64,000 nucleotides of DNA from a virus (IMGVR_UViG_3300032292_001093:20936-84935); one strand, 5' to 3'. Shown: positions 10,382-20,516, counted from the stretch's first letter. Numbers and translations are program-made. Notes: generated from the sequence alone by a model not told the origin.

Positions 10382-10397
10382 TAAACTAATCCAAGGT

Positions 10398-10925
10398 ATG
10401 TTAAATTCAAAACCAAATAATGCTAACTACAATCAAGGCAACTATATACCAAAGTATAAAGACAAAGTAATTAAATTGAATACACAAGGTGGTGTATATT
10501 ATAGAAGTTCTTGGGAAAAGAAGATAATGACTTGGTTAGATAATAATAAAACTATTACTAAATGGGGTGCTGAGTGTATGAGAGTACCATACCAAATGAC
10601 ACACTTTGATAATGGTGACACTAAAGTAAAAGAACATTGTTATTATCCAGACTTCTATTATGAGATGAGAAACTCTGAAGGAGTACTTAAACAAGTCGTT
10701 GTAGAGGTTAAACCATTCAAAGAGTATAAGATGGTTCAAGACTTAAATGAAGGCAACCTGGTCGTTCCTGAGAATGGAATGAAGAAGTTAAAAAACTTCG
10801 AGTATGACCTTAAAATGGCTTACAAGAATAAGAACAAATGGGAAACTATGATTAATTGGTGTAATATGAAAGGTTATGAATTTATTATCATAACAGAACA
10901 ACATCTAAAGAAATTTAACCTTTAA
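10398..10925 (+). CDS. gp4: Head completion nuclease, T4 gp4-like (TnsA-like PD-(D/E)xK)
   Basis: YRSSWE, W..E...PY, YYPDFY, VEVKP, NKNKW, FIIITE. Confidence 0.88.
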   Translation: MLNSKPNNANYNQGNYIPKYKDKVIKLNTQGGVYYRSSWEKKIMTWLDNNKTITKWGAECMRVPYQMTHFDNGDTKVKEHCYYPDFYYEMRNSEGVLKQVVVEVKPFKEYKMVQDLNEGNLVVPENGMKKLKNFEYDLKMAYKNKNKWETMINWCNMKGYEFIIITEQHLKKFNL

Positions 10926-11262
10926 TTTTAAAAATAAGGATAATTAAAATAAAGATTATAGAGATACTTGGTAAAATATTATCCCAGATAATATAAAGTC
11001 TTCTACTTATATGATAGAATGGAAATCTAAGTAAATGTAAAAATGTTAAAAATATAAACAAACTTGATTGAGATGACCAAATACCAATAATCAACCAAGT
11101 CCAAAACATTAGTCTGAAGACATAATGTAAGATATCAAATCTACTAAAAGACTTAACATCTAAAGACTTAATACTAATATCTAATCTAGTTTTATTAAAA
11201 ACATAATAGACCTCGTTAAAAGCAAATAAAATAGATATTAGGTAAAATAAAGTGATCATCAT
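10915..11262 (-). CDS. Small multi-pass membrane protein
   Basis: 3-4 hydrophobic segments in 115 aa. Confidence 0.65.
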   Translation of the reverse strand: MMITLFYLISILFAFNEVYYVFNKTRLDISIKSLDVKSFSRFDILHYVFRLMFWTWLIIGIWSSQSSLFIFLTFLHLLRFPFYHISRRLYIIWDNILPSISIIFILIILIFKIKG

Positions 11263-11564
11263 ATAGTATCGGTGTTAAATATTATTTCTTCAAATTTTAA
11301 TAAATTTTGAAAAGCTGATTCATTAATTTTAATAGACTTCTCTTCAATAATCATATTAAATATTTTATCTTCTACAAAAACTTCTACCCATTCTCCAACA
11401 ATTCTATCATATTCATTAGGAATAATTGAATTATCTCGACTGTTATAAATAGAGGATACATAGATATCTCTTTCTTTAACACTTAAATGTAATGAACACC
11501 CATCACTAAGAAATCCCTCTTTGGTATTAGATTCTTCCCAAAGTTGTAATATTACTTTATTCAT
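11259..11564 (-). CDS. Hypothetical protein
   Basis: ORF with QLWEES..DGCSLH; own TAAAC-N18-TAAAAT promoter. Confidence 0.7.
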   Translation of the reverse strand: MNKVILQLWEESNTKEGFLSDGCSLHLSVKERDIYVSSIYNSRDNSIIPNEYDRIVGEWVEVFVEDKIFNMIIEEKSIKINESAFQNLLKFEEIIFNTDTI

Positions 11565-11582
11565 TTTTAAATTTTTGTATTT

Positions 11583-11627
11583 ATTTTAGTAATCAAGTTA
11601 AACAAAGTTTAGTAAAAAGCATAAAAT
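11583..11627. promoter_or_regulatory. Overlapping divergent TAAAC-N18-TAAAAT promoters
   Basis: + strand TAAAC 11599-11603 and TAAAAT 11622-11627; - strand TAAAC 11611-11607 and TAAAAT 11588-11583. Confidence 0.65.
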
Positions 11628-11646
11628 AAAAAAAAACAAATCATTT

Positions 11647-12741
11647 ATGAGTAATATCAAACTAGAGTACATTTGGCTTGATGGTTCAAACCCTCAACAA
11701 CTTAGAAGTAAAACTAAAATCGCTTCAGAAATTAATTCAATGAATCCTTCTGACTATTCAATATGGTCATTTGATGGAAGTTCAACATTACAAGCACAAT
11801 CAGGTAAAGGTAAAAACACAGACTGTTTACTAAAACCAGTATTTGTAACATACGATCCATTCAGAAAAGGATTAAACAAATTGGTCTTCTGTGAAGTTCT
11901 TAATCCAGACGGAACGGCACACGAAACAAATAACAGAAGAACATTAGCTCAAAAAGTTAATGAATTGGATATCAATTCAGGTGACAAATTAGAACTTCCT
12001 TGGTTTGGTTGGGAACAAGAATATACATTAACTCACAAACCAATGATTCCATTTGGAATTGGTGAGGGTATTCCATTAGGATTTACTTTGGATCCAAATT
12101 CAACACCAAGACCTCAAGGCGACTACTACTGTGGTATCGGCTCTGATAACGTAGTTGGTAGAGACATTGTTGAGGAACATATGAATATGTGTATGGAAAT
12201 TGGTTTAGATATTTCCGGTATTAATGCTGAAGTTCTTTTAGGACAATGGGAATATCAAATTGGACCAGTTACTGCTTTAGAAGGTTCTGACCAATTATGG
12301 GTTTCTCGTTATTTGTTACAAAGAGTTGCTGAAAAATACAATGTTAAAGTTTCTTTACATCCTAAACCATTAAAAGGCGACTGGAACGGAACAGGTTGTC
12401 ATGTTAACTTCTCTACTAAAGAAATGAGAGAAGAAGGTGGATTAGATATCATCAAAGAAACTATGGCTAAATTAGAAAAGTATCAAAAAGAACATATTAG
12501 TGTTTATGGATTACATAACGACCAAAGATTAACTGGTGCTCACGAAACATCAAGTATCAATGATTTCAGTTATGGATTCTCTACAAGAGATACTTCTATC
12601 AGAATTCCAGCACAAGCAATTGTTGAAGGTAAAGGATATTTTGAAGACAGAAGACCAGCTTCTAACTGTGATCCTTACCAAGTATCACTTAGAATGTTAG
12701 AAACTGTTTACTCTGAAGTTGAAGTTTCAACAGAAGCATAA
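11647..12741 (+). CDS. glnII: Glutamine synthetase type II
   Basis: LEYIWLDG, LRSKTK, WSFDGSST, GWEQEYTL, PQGDYYCG, GINAEVLLGQWEYQIGP, HPKP..GDWNGTGCH, RLTGAHET, SIRIP, YFEDRRPASNCDPY. Confidence 0.96.
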   Translation: MSNIKLEYIWLDGSNPQQLRSKTKIASEINSMNPSDYSIWSFDGSSTLQAQSGKGKNTDCLLKPVFVTYDPFRKGLNKLVFCEVLNPDGTAHETNNRRTLAQKVNELDINSGDKLELPWFGWEQEYTLTHKPMIPFGIGEGIPLGFTLDPNSTPRPQGDYYCGIGSDNVVGRDIVEEHMNMCMEIGLDISGINAEVLLGQWEYQIGPVTALEGSDQLWVSRYLLQRVAEKYNVKVSLHPKPLKGDWNGTGCHVNFSTKEMREEGGLDIIKETMAKLEKYQKEHISVYGLHNDQRLTGAHETSSINDFSYGFSTRDTSIRIPAQAIVEGKGYFEDRRPASNCDPYQVSLRMLETVYSEVEVSTEA

Positions 12742-12759
12742 CATAAATGATTATAAAGT

Positions 12760-12788
12760 AAAAATCCACTCAATTGAGTGGATTTTTT
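12760..12788. terminator. Bidirectional intrinsic terminator
   Basis: AAAATCCACTCAATTGAGTGGATTTT palindrome. Confidence 0.8.
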
Positions 12789-12911
12789 ATTTTAAAGATG
12801 TTTTGAATTTTTTCCTTTCGTCTTTTCTGTCTTGAAGGAAATATAGTTATAGGTATACTACTAGCACTAAATGCTGGTGTCATAACTATATCAAATGTCT
12901 TTAGATTAATA

Positions 12912-13277
12912 TTAGAGTGAGTGAAGTCCTTGTCCATCATTTGAGCCTTCAATTGAGATTAATTTGATTAAGTGTTCGTTATCACCTTTCTTTTTATAAA
13001 GTTCGTTATAACCTTTAGCGATTCCTCTTTTGAAGACTTCTGTAAAATAAGCGAAGGCATTAACAGATTTATCTTCGTTGAAATTATACCAGTTTTGGAA
13101 CATATCCAATAATCCTGATTGGTAACAGTCTAACTTATCGTCATTAGACCAATATCTCATTTTTTTGATTGTTTTTTTGGCAAGAAGTTCTAACATTTTC
13201 TCTGCGTTTCTTGTTAGTTTACCTTGTGCTTTTGATACGATAACTTCAATGTATAAGTCTTTATTGTTTAGGTACAT
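12912..13277 (-). CDS. gp55: Late-transcription sigma factor, T4 gp55-like (very compact)
   Basis: YLNNKDL N-terminus, D...G......W.NF..EKS.NAFAYFTEV pattern as in gp55. Confidence 0.8.
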   Translation of the reverse strand: MYLNNKDLYIEVIVSKAQGKLTRNAEKMLELLAKKTIKKMRYWSNDDKLDCYQSGLLDMFQNWYNFNEDKSVNAFAYFTEVFKRGIAKGYNELYKKKGDNEHLIKLISIEGSNDGQGLHSL

Positions 13278-13336
13278 TCATAATACTTATTTTTTTAAGG
13301 TTTCTAAGAATAGACACCTTTGTTTCATGCTTTCAT

Positions 13337-13365
13337 GTTATACAAATGCTTAACATTTAAGTTTA
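13337..13365 (-). promoter_or_regulatory. Putative middle promoter TAAAC-N18-TATAAC for gp55-like gene
   Basis: Motif and spacing match other copies. Confidence 0.6.
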
Positions 13366-13374
13366 GTTTAAAAT

Positions 13375-13405
13375 AAAAAATCCTCAAATTTCTTTGAGGA
13401 TTTTT
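13375..13405. terminator. Intrinsic terminator
   Basis: AAAAATCCTCAAA-TTTC-TTTGAGGATTTTT. Confidence 0.8.
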
Positions 13406-13419
13406 ATTAATATTTAATA

Positions 13420-14703
13420 TTAAAGTTTAATTCTTTCGTTATATTGAAGTTCTTTAGTAGCTTGTAATTCAGTATCTAAGTTGTCTTTTCTTTTCTCTAA
13501 GTTTTTAAGAGCTGTAGTTAAAACTTCTGATTCACCAATCATTTGGATAGAACCTTTAACTTTAGAGATATTGAAATTAACATCTTCTAATTTCAAAGTG
13601 ATTTCTCTTTCTTTATCTTCAAGTTTTCTTTTAACGATTAATTCTTTATCTAATTTATTTTCAAAGAAATAAGTTAAATCATAGTTTAATTCGTTTCTTA
13701 CTTCGTTTACTAATTCTAAAGCAGATTCGTATTTGAAGAATGAGTTACCATATCTTTCATCACATCTGTAAACAAAAGTATTGTTTTTGTAATTGAAAGC
13801 AAATAATTCTAAATAAGGGTTGATTAAGTTGTTAACTTTTTTAACAACATCTAACTCTACAAATTTATCTAAGTTTTTAGAAACTTCAACTAAAATAGGA
13901 TAGAAATTTTTGTTTACGATTGGAATAATTGGAGAAGAGAATAAAGATTCTAATGTAGTTTCTTCATTTAATTCATCATCGTTGATATAAAGACCAGATT
14001 TTTTACCAACAGCTAAACCAATTGTTAAGTATTCAGAAATTCTAAAGTTAACTCTATCTTCAGAAACTTGAGCATACTTCATTGCTGTTTCTAACATTCT
14101 TAAAGATTTTAAAGATTCTTCATCTTTAACGTGATTTTCTAATAATGTTTTTTCAATTGTATTTTCAGATAATAAGAACCATGAATCTTTAACTAAAGCA
14201 ACGTGACCATCTTCTACTTGCTCAACAATAGTGAATGTAGACTCACCTTTACCACCACTTAAAAGATTTGCTCTTTTTTCAGGTGATTTTGTTAAATTAT
14301 GAACAAATAACTTAACTTCTGGAACCCAGTCATAAACAGCCAATTCATTAAGAATTTTTGACATTCTATCTTGGTCAGTTTCTAAATTAATAGTTTGAAG
14401 AACAACATTCAAAGGTTGTCTGTAAAGTTCTCCTTGATTCTTAGAGTTAAGAACATTATATAAATTTTTTAATTCATATAATAATTCATAATTTTTCATA
14501 TCATCATTAAGATTCTCTAAAAGAGATTTAACGCTCTTATCATAAGTGTATGGTTTAAGTCTATCGTTAAGAGAAACTATGATTTGCTTTTCAGATAACT
14601 GATTACAAGCATTCATATGTCCCTCAACTATCACAGAAACTTCCTCCTGGTCAAGAGTAAGGTCCTTTTTGAAGTTAAATAACTCAAGTTTAAGATTCTT
14701 CAT
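13420..14703 (-). CDS. Conserved-looking hypothetical protein, probably virion-associated
   Basis: 427-aa ORF, late box upstream, C-terminal coiled coil. Confidence 0.65.
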   Translation of the reverse strand: MKNLKLELFNFKKDLTLDQEEVSVIVEGHMNACNQLSEKQIIVSLNDRLKPYTYDKSVKSLLENLNDDMKNYELLYELKNLYNVLNSKNQGELYRQPLNVVLQTINLETDQDRMSKILNELAVYDWVPEVKLFVHNLTKSPEKRANLLSGGKGESTFTIVEQVEDGHVALVKDSWFLLSENTIEKTLLENHVKDEESLKSLRMLETAMKYAQVSEDRVNFRISEYLTIGLAVGKKSGLYINDDELNEETTLESLFSSPIIPIVNKNFYPILVEVSKNLDKFVELDVVKKVNNLINPYLELFAFNYKNNTFVYRCDERYGNSFFKYESALELVNEVRNELNYDLTYFFENKLDKELIVKRKLEDKEREITLKLEDVNFNISKVKGSIQMIGESEVLTTALKNLEKRKDNLDTELQATKELQYNERIKL

Positions 14704-14783
14704 ATTTTAAAATATTTTTTTTTATATACTCTATATATTATAGATAAAAAGTCATTTTTTACCATTTTTAAATTTATTTATTA

Positions 14784-15842
14784 TTAAGGGTTTGATGCGT
14801 CCGCGGGTCCTTGAGAACCATTCGGATTTATTATATTTCCTGATGCTTTTTCTCTCGCCTTTAATATATTATTAAACCATCTTGTTCTCTTAGGAGAAAC
14901 AATTAAGTAATCAGAGTTAGTAAATGATCCATATCCATCACTAGGAGAAGATGCTGATGATTGTGTATTATAGAAACTAGTAGTTGCGCCATAAGGAGGA
15001 ACATCTCTAACACCTAATCCACCACCAGAGCTAGTGTCAGTTCTAGATCCACCAGGAGTTCCTGGACCTCCAGGCACTTGATTAGCACCACCTGGACCAC
15101 CAGGCATACCAGGTTGTTGAAAGAAATCAGAAACACCACCATTAAGGGCAAATCCATTCAAATCACTCATACCAGAACCGTATGCTTGTGGATAACCAGT
15201 ACTATTAACTCGATCACTTCTAAATGCGGGATAGTATGTTTCAACTGTAAAAGAAACTTTCATCTTGATATTATTATCAGATGTTAAATTCTTTTCTCTA
15301 GACATTTCAATTTGATTTGAATCAGGCATTAAAATAACAGCATCAATATTCATAAAGTTATACTCAAAGTACATAAACTTATATAACCAAAGAGTATCCA
15401 TAATAGCCTGAGAACATTTGAATGTGTCTATCTCAGAACTTAATAATATTTCTAAATCATAATTTACTGTAATAGGAACCGCTCTAACTTTAGCGATTAC
15501 TTTTCTAATTTCTACTTCATTCTCAACAATCATTCTTAACCAAACATTAGGGTTGGCAAATTCATCAGATTTAATGTTGAAACCAGTCATAGTTAAATGA
15601 CCTCTTGGTATCATATCCGTATTTAATTCAACAAATCTGTTTTCAGAAACTATATCATCAGAAAATGAATCTAAAAGAAATCTTTCATCCCCTGTCAAAG
15701 AGTAATAAAAAGGAACTTGAACATAAACATCACCACTAGTGAATCTGTTAATCCACTTGACTTGTCCTTCTAAAGTATCTAAAACACAAACTGTTAAATC
15801 TCTAAAAAATACGTCTTCAAAATTAAATCTTTCTCCTATCAT
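14784..15842 (-). CDS. gp15: Tail terminator/sheath stabiliser, T4 gp15-like
   Basis: VPFYYSL...ERFL, IPRGHL, AVPITVNYDLEI; Gly/Pro-rich C-terminal insert. Confidence 0.6.
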   Translation of the reverse strand: MIGERFNFEDVFFRDLTVCVLDTLEGQVKWINRFTSGDVYVQVPFYYSLTGDERFLLDSFSDDIVSENRFVELNTDMIPRGHLTMTGFNIKSDEFANPNVWLRMIVENEVEIRKVIAKVRAVPITVNYDLEILLSSEIDTFKCSQAIMDTLWLYKFMYFEYNFMNIDAVILMPDSNQIEMSREKNLTSDNNIKMKVSFTVETYYPAFRSDRVNSTGYPQAYGSGMSDLNGFALNGGVSDFFQQPGMPGGPGGANQVPGGPGTPGGSRTDTSSGGGLGVRDVPPYGATTSFYNTQSSASSPSDGYGSFTNSDYLIVSPKRTRWFNNILKAREKASGNIINPNGSQGPADASNP

Positions 15843-15909
15843 ATCGGTATATATTAAATATAAACTTTCTCTTCATGAGATTATATACCTATTAACTAAT
15901 TGAATAAAT

Positions 15910-16872
15910 ATGTCTGTTAAATCATTACTCTTATGGGAAAAGTGGCGTCCAAAAAATATGGAGGATGTTATTCTTTTACCTAGAATTAGAAAACATTTCG
16001 AACTTGGTGTAAACCAAAACTTTATATTCTATGGTCACTTTGGTACCGGAAAAACAAGTTTGGCTAGAATTCTTATTGGTAAATACACAAAGGATAAGCC
16101 GTATCTTGAATTAAACTCATCTTTATATACATCTATTGATGTGTTAAGAAGTGAGATCGAAGATTTCTGTAAATTTACACCAATGATGGAGACTGACTCT
16201 GATGTCAAATACATCTTCTTAGATGAGTTTGAAAGAGTATCGGCTCAGTTTCAAGATGCCTTCAAAGCATTTATTGAAAAGTATAATAAGAATGTTAGAT
16301 TCATTATTACAACCAATCACTTAAATAAAATTTCTGATGGTATTAAGTCTAGAATTCCTCAAATTAATTTTGATTGTCAAAGTCTTGAAGAAGAAAAGTA
16401 TCTTAAACAAGAAGTTTATAAAAGAATCAATAATGTAATTCTACCAAAAGAAGGTAAAGAAATTCCTAAAGAAGATTTGGCTTCTATTATTACTAAAAAG
16501 TTTCCTGACTTTAGGTCTATAATGGTTGAAGTTCAAAACTATTTAGAAACTGGCAGTTTAGGAGAGAACACATCTAATGTGTCTAACAAAGTAAAATTAG
16601 ATTTATACTCTTGTATCTATGATAAATCATTAGACTATGAGAAAATATATCACTTCTTAATGGCTAACTTTGGCGCAGAAAAAATTGATGTAATGATTAG
16701 ACTACTAGGAAAACCTTTTATTGACTGGTCTATATCAGAAAGTAAAAATATAGATAAACTATTTGAGTGTAATTTTATCATATCAGATTATTCATCTAAA
16801 TTAGAAACCAATACAGATCCTATAGTTCTAGGTCTAACCATTGTTGGTAAATTCAGAGATATACTATTATAA
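15910..16872 (+). CDS. gp44: Sliding clamp loader AAA+ subunit, T4 gp44/RFC-like
   Basis: WEKWRPK, GHFGTGKTS, IFLDEFE, RFIITTN, IKSR, FPDFR. Confidence 0.92.
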   Translation: MSVKSLLLWEKWRPKNMEDVILLPRIRKHFELGVNQNFIFYGHFGTGKTSLARILIGKYTKDKPYLELNSSLYTSIDVLRSEIEDFCKFTPMMETDSDVKYIFLDEFERVSAQFQDAFKAFIEKYNKNVRFIITTNHLNKISDGIKSRIPQINFDCQSLEEEKYLKQEVYKRINNVILPKEGKEIPKEDLASIITKKFPDFRSIMVEVQNYLETGSLGENTSNVSNKVKLDLYSCIYDKSLDYEKIYHFLMANFGAEKIDVMIRLLGKPFIDWSISESKNIDKLFECNFIISDYSSKLETNTDPIVLGLTIVGKFRDILL

Positions 16873-16904
16873 CAAAAGAGCCATAATATATTAATATATA
16901 TGTT

Positions 16905-17279
16905 ATGGCTTTTGATTTTTCAGACTTCTATATTATTTACCCCGGTCATCCAAGATTCAATGATATTCAAATCATTGAGGATGATGTTATTAGAGTTATT
17001 ATACAAAAATGGGAATTAATGATATTTACAAATAAAGGTGAATTATTTTGTGATCCTGAGTTTGGTGGCGACTTACCAAAATATTTACACGAAACAAGGC
17101 TATCAGCCGAAACAATAGAAAGTGAATTAAGATCTCAAGTAAGAGAATATATTACCGAACTAGAATCTATAAATTATACACTACAAGTTAATTTTTATGA
17201 GGATCCTGAAAGATACCAAGAGTACATGGAAATAAATTTTCAAATAGCAGACTATGAGGTTTATGCTGTTGTAACTTAA
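16905..17279 (+). CDS. gp25: Baseplate wedge subunit, gp25-like
   Basis: IFTNKGELFCDPEFGGDLPKYLHE motif. Confidence 0.75.
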   Translation: MAFDFSDFYIIYPGHPRFNDIQIIEDDVIRVIIQKWELMIFTNKGELFCDPEFGGDLPKYLHETRLSAETIESELRSQVREYITELESINYTLQVNFYEDPERYQEYMEINFQIADYEVYAVVT

Positions 17280-17290
17280 ATATATAAAGT

Positions 17291-17686
17291 ATGAGATACA
17301 TTAAAACATTTGAGTCTTATGATAATGAGCTAATATCTAACATGGAGTTTTATAAAGTTACTTCAGATGAAAAAACTTTATTTAAACCATCATTTGGTGC
17401 TAAAAAAGGTGAAACCGATTTTTATCAATTAAGATTAGATGGTAAACCTATAGTTGAAATAGAAGTTAATCCAAATTCAAATTACGGTAAACCTGAAATA
17501 ATGTCAGCATTTTCAGATATGAGAGGTAAAGGATTAGGTGAATATCTTGCTAAGAAAGTGCTTGATATATATCTCATTGATGAGGTATTTGTAAGATGTA
17601 CAAAGGATAGTAAAAAGTTCTGGCAAAGATGTGGAGCAACTGTTGTAGATAAATCAGACCCTTACTTATTACATTTTATTAAATAA
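17291..17686 (+). CDS. GNAT-family acetyltransferase with CTS-like leader (MRYIKTFESY)
   Basis: MRGKGLG acetyl-CoA motif, SKKFWQRCG. Confidence 0.75.
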   Translation: MRYIKTFESYDNELISNMEFYKVTSDEKTLFKPSFGAKKGETDFYQLRLDGKPIVEIEVNPNSNYGKPEIMSAFSDMRGKGLGEYLAKKVLDIYLIDEVFVRCTKDSKKFWQRCGATVVDKSDPYLLHFIK

Positions 17687-17724
17687 TCGGCAAAAGGAAC
17701 TTTTCGTGTTTTAATATATAAGAT

Positions 17725-18423
17725 ATGAAAACATGTAGTAAATGTAAAGAAATTAAAAATCTTTCAGAATTTTCAAAAAGATCTGACTCTAAAGATGGTT
17801 ATAGATCACAGTGTAGAAAATGCGTAAACACTCAAGAAGCTAAAGATAGAGTGAATAGATACTACAAAAACAATCGTGATGTATTATTAGATAAAAGCAA
17901 AGAAAGAAAATTAAAAAAATCTGATCCAAATTCAAAAATCAGAACAATTAGAAAGATGTTTGAGTCTTGTGATGAAAATCAGAGTGTTTGTACAAAATGT
18001 ATGAATATAAAAAACAAGAAAAATTTCATAAAGGATAAAAGTAGGAAAAACGGTTTATCTGCTCAATGTAATGATTGTAAAAATAAATACTACAAAAATA
18101 AGAAAAAAGATGATATTATATTCAAATTATCAACAACCATAAGAAGTATGATATCATCTTACATAAAATCAAATGGTATTAAAAAGTCAAAAAAATCTGA
18201 AGAAATAATTGGTTGTAAATTTACAGATTTAAAAATTCATTTAGAATTAAAATTTAGAGATGGCATGAATTGGGAAAACTATGGATTATGGCACATAGAC
18301 CATATAATACCTATAAGCTATGCTAAATCTGAAGAGGAAATATACAAACTAAATCATTATTCAAACTTTCAACCATTATGGGCAAAAGATAATTTATCCA
18401 AAGGAAATAGATTTATTGGATAG
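17725..18423 (+). CDS. HNH homing endonuclease
   Basis: Two CxxC..F......DG....CxxC repeats; WHIDHIIP...NHYSNFQPLWAKDNLSK. Confidence 0.85.
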   Translation: MKTCSKCKEIKNLSEFSKRSDSKDGYRSQCRKCVNTQEAKDRVNRYYKNNRDVLLDKSKERKLKKSDPNSKIRTIRKMFESCDENQSVCTKCMNIKNKKNFIKDKSRKNGLSAQCNDCKNKYYKNKKKDDIIFKLSTTIRSMISSYIKSNGIKKSKKSEEIIGCKFTDLKIHLELKFRDGMNWENYGLWHIDHIIPISYAKSEEEIYKLNHYSNFQPLWAKDNLSKGNRFIG

Positions 18424-19027
18424 GACAACTTGTTGAAGTGTATATAAATTTCCAATCTCTTTTTATTTTAACACCTAAAGATAAGGCGGCAGTATAAATA
18501 TCCTCTAAACATTCACCATCAGCACCACCTACTATAGTAACCGTCTCATTTCTTAAACTTAAAAGTAAATCATATAACTTTTTACTAAGATGGTGCCATT
18601 TATGATTATTACCAACATAAACAATATATGTTCCTTCTTTAGTTGGGAATATATCACCTTTCTTTAATAAACTATTATCTTCTTTATCAGAAATTTCGTT
18701 ATAAACTTCTTTGTCTAATATCTTCTTGTAGAAATCAGCATCAACATTATAGTTATATCTTTTCTCAATAAGATCTTTTTGATTAGTAAAGTGATAAAGG
18801 TCTTTATGAATAGGAATTACAGGTGATTCATCATATAAATAGTCTTTATCTACACTTTTACCATCTGTATGATTATCCCAAATTTGGTAAACATTTTGAA
18901 AGTTATTACAATACTTCTTTAATTCATTAAGATACATCTCAGAAAAGAATTTTCTAAATGATTTCTGAACATCAACTATAATTAATGATCCATTACTATG
19001 ACTCTCAAATGTTTTTAAATATCTCAT
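18413..19027 (-). CDS. Isochorismatase/nicotinamidase-like cysteine hydrolase with CTS-like leader
   Basis: LIIVDVQ, IEK, VTIVGGADGECL (Asp-Lys-Cys triad pattern). Confidence 0.65.
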   Translation of the reverse strand: MRYLKTFESHSNGSLIIVDVQKSFRKFFSEMYLNELKKYCNNFQNVYQIWDNHTDGKSVDKDYLYDESPVIPIHKDLYHFTNQKDLIEKRYNYNVDADFYKKILDKEVYNEISDKEDNSLLKKGDIFPTKEGTYIVYVGNNHKWHHLSKKLYDLLLSLRNETVTIVGGADGECLEDIYTAALSLGVKIKRDWKFIYTSTSCPIQ

Positions 19028-19728
19028 TATAAATATGTGTCGTATGCTTTTTCAATTTTAGGATCTAAAACTGTGTAATCTATATCAAATGTTTTAGGCA
19101 TAATACTAACAACTGGTGGTTGATTATAAGGCTCTTTGCCTATTTTATACCAACTTCTATTCTTTCTCATCCATAAATAGAAAAGAACATAAGCATTTGA
19201 CTTCTGAATATACTCGTCAATATTTATAATTATATCCAATCCGTATTTTTTAATCTTCTCTACTGTTCTTCTTTCGCAGTCAATTTCACAATTCATAGAC
19301 AATAATATCTCAGTGTCAATTAAAGACATATCAACATTATCATCGCCAGATAACCACTTATCAATATTTTCCATTCCTGATTCATTTTCAGTCCATGCTG
19401 GCACTTGTTCAATCCATTGATCCATATGACAAGATTCATGTAATAGTATTATCAGCCATTGAGAGACATCTTTACCCAAAGCACAAGCAAGTGTTCTTGT
19501 ATCACCATCAAAATATCCATTACAAATAAAACCACCTTCTGAAAATTGAACACCGGTATCTGGAGATAGAATTAATTTAACATTATGTTCTTTAGTGTAT
19601 ATTTTCAAATCTTCTATAAAAGATTTGACTTTAGCTACATCTTCTTGTGATAATCTACCATAATTAAACTCACCACCATGTGGAATGTCTGCCTCTTCAA
19701 AGTCTTCAAACAATTTTAAGTATCTCAT
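19027..19728 (-). CDS. Zincin-like metallopeptidase with CTS-like leader
   Basis: GYFD, LLHESCHMDQW (HExxH) and downstream E..CE. Confidence 0.65.
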   Translation of the reverse strand: MRYLKLFEDFEEADIPHGGEFNYGRLSQEDVAKVKSFIEDLKIYTKEHNVKLILSPDTGVQFSEGGFICNGYFDGDTRTLACALGKDVSQWLIILLHESCHMDQWIEQVPAWTENESGMENIDKWLSGDDNVDMSLIDTEILLSMNCEIDCERRTVEKIKKYGLDIIINIDEYIQKSNAYVLFYLWMRKNRSWYKIGKEPYNQPPVVSIMPKTFDIDYTVLDPKIEKAYDTYL

Positions 19729-19763
19729 TGTGTATTTATATTTTGATATACTATATATTAAAT

Positions 19764-19793
19764 AAAAAAACCCATCAAATTTTGACGGGTTTT
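19764..19793. terminator. Intrinsic terminator
   Basis: AAAACCCATCAAA-T-TTTGACGGGTTTT. Confidence 0.7.
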
Positions 19794-19815
19794 AATTCTT
19801 TGAATATTTTATAGA

Positions 19816-20457
19816 TTAAAGAGGTAATTCTTCTTCACCTTCTTCTTTTTCTTCTTCACCTTCTTCTTTTTCTTCTTTTTCACCTTGAGCCGGTTGAGCT
19901 TGTCCTTGTGCTGGTTGAGCTTGTCCTTGTGCTGGTTGAGCTTCTTCTCCTTGTGCTGGAGCTTCTTGAGCCTGACCTTGAGCAGGTTGAGCTTGTGCTT
20001 GAGGTTCTTCAAATTCACCTTGTGCTGGAGCTTCTTGAGCTTGTGCTTGAGGAGCTTCTTGAGTTTGAGCTGGTTGAGCTTGTGCCTGAGGAGCTTCTTG
20101 AGTTTGAGCTTGAGGTTGAGCCTCTACTTGAACTTGAGGTTGAGCCTGAGGTTGTGTTTGAGTTTGTGATTGACCACCACCCATTAAAGCACCACCAGGA
20201 ATTTTCTCAACATCTAAGTTATTCATATTAATAAACTTTACAATTTCTTCAGCAATATCAACATCACCAAAGAACGTGCGTAGGTTTTTACCTGTAGTGT
20301 CTTTTACTTTTTTCACATAAGCATTGATTAAAGATTGAGGAATATCAATCATTGTCTTTACTTTGTAAATATCGTTTACTTGAAGAACCGATTCTTTAAT
20401 GATTTCTTCTCTGTTCTTTTTAATACGATAGTTTTCATATGTTCTGATATGCTTCAT
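19816..20457 (-). CDS. Protein with CTS-like leader and Gln/Ala/Pro/Glu low-complexity tail; possible prohead core protein
   Basis: MKHIRTYENY...IKE; QAQP repeats; acidic end. Confidence 0.7.
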   Translation of the reverse strand: MKHIRTYENYRIKKNREEIIKESVLQVNDIYKVKTMIDIPQSLINAYVKKVKDTTGKNLRTFFGDVDIAEEIVKFINMNNLDVEKIPGGALMGGGQSQTQTQPQAQPQVQVEAQPQAQTQEAPQAQAQPAQTQEAPQAQAQEAPAQGEFEEPQAQAQPAQGQAQEAPAQGEEAQPAQGQAQPAQGQAQPAQGEKEEKEEGEEEKEEGEEELPL

Positions 20458-20516
20458 TTGTATTTGAATATTTTTTATAGATTATATATTAAACTAAAAA
20501 ACTCATTTTTTATCAA

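Noticed and set aside
12770-12952. 60-aa ORF after gp55-like gene (RRKEKIQNIF, similar to REIKLNSVL in 6849..7298)
   Set aside because: Overlaps gp55 end and a terminator; a shorter 37-aa version from 12883 is possible but unsupported
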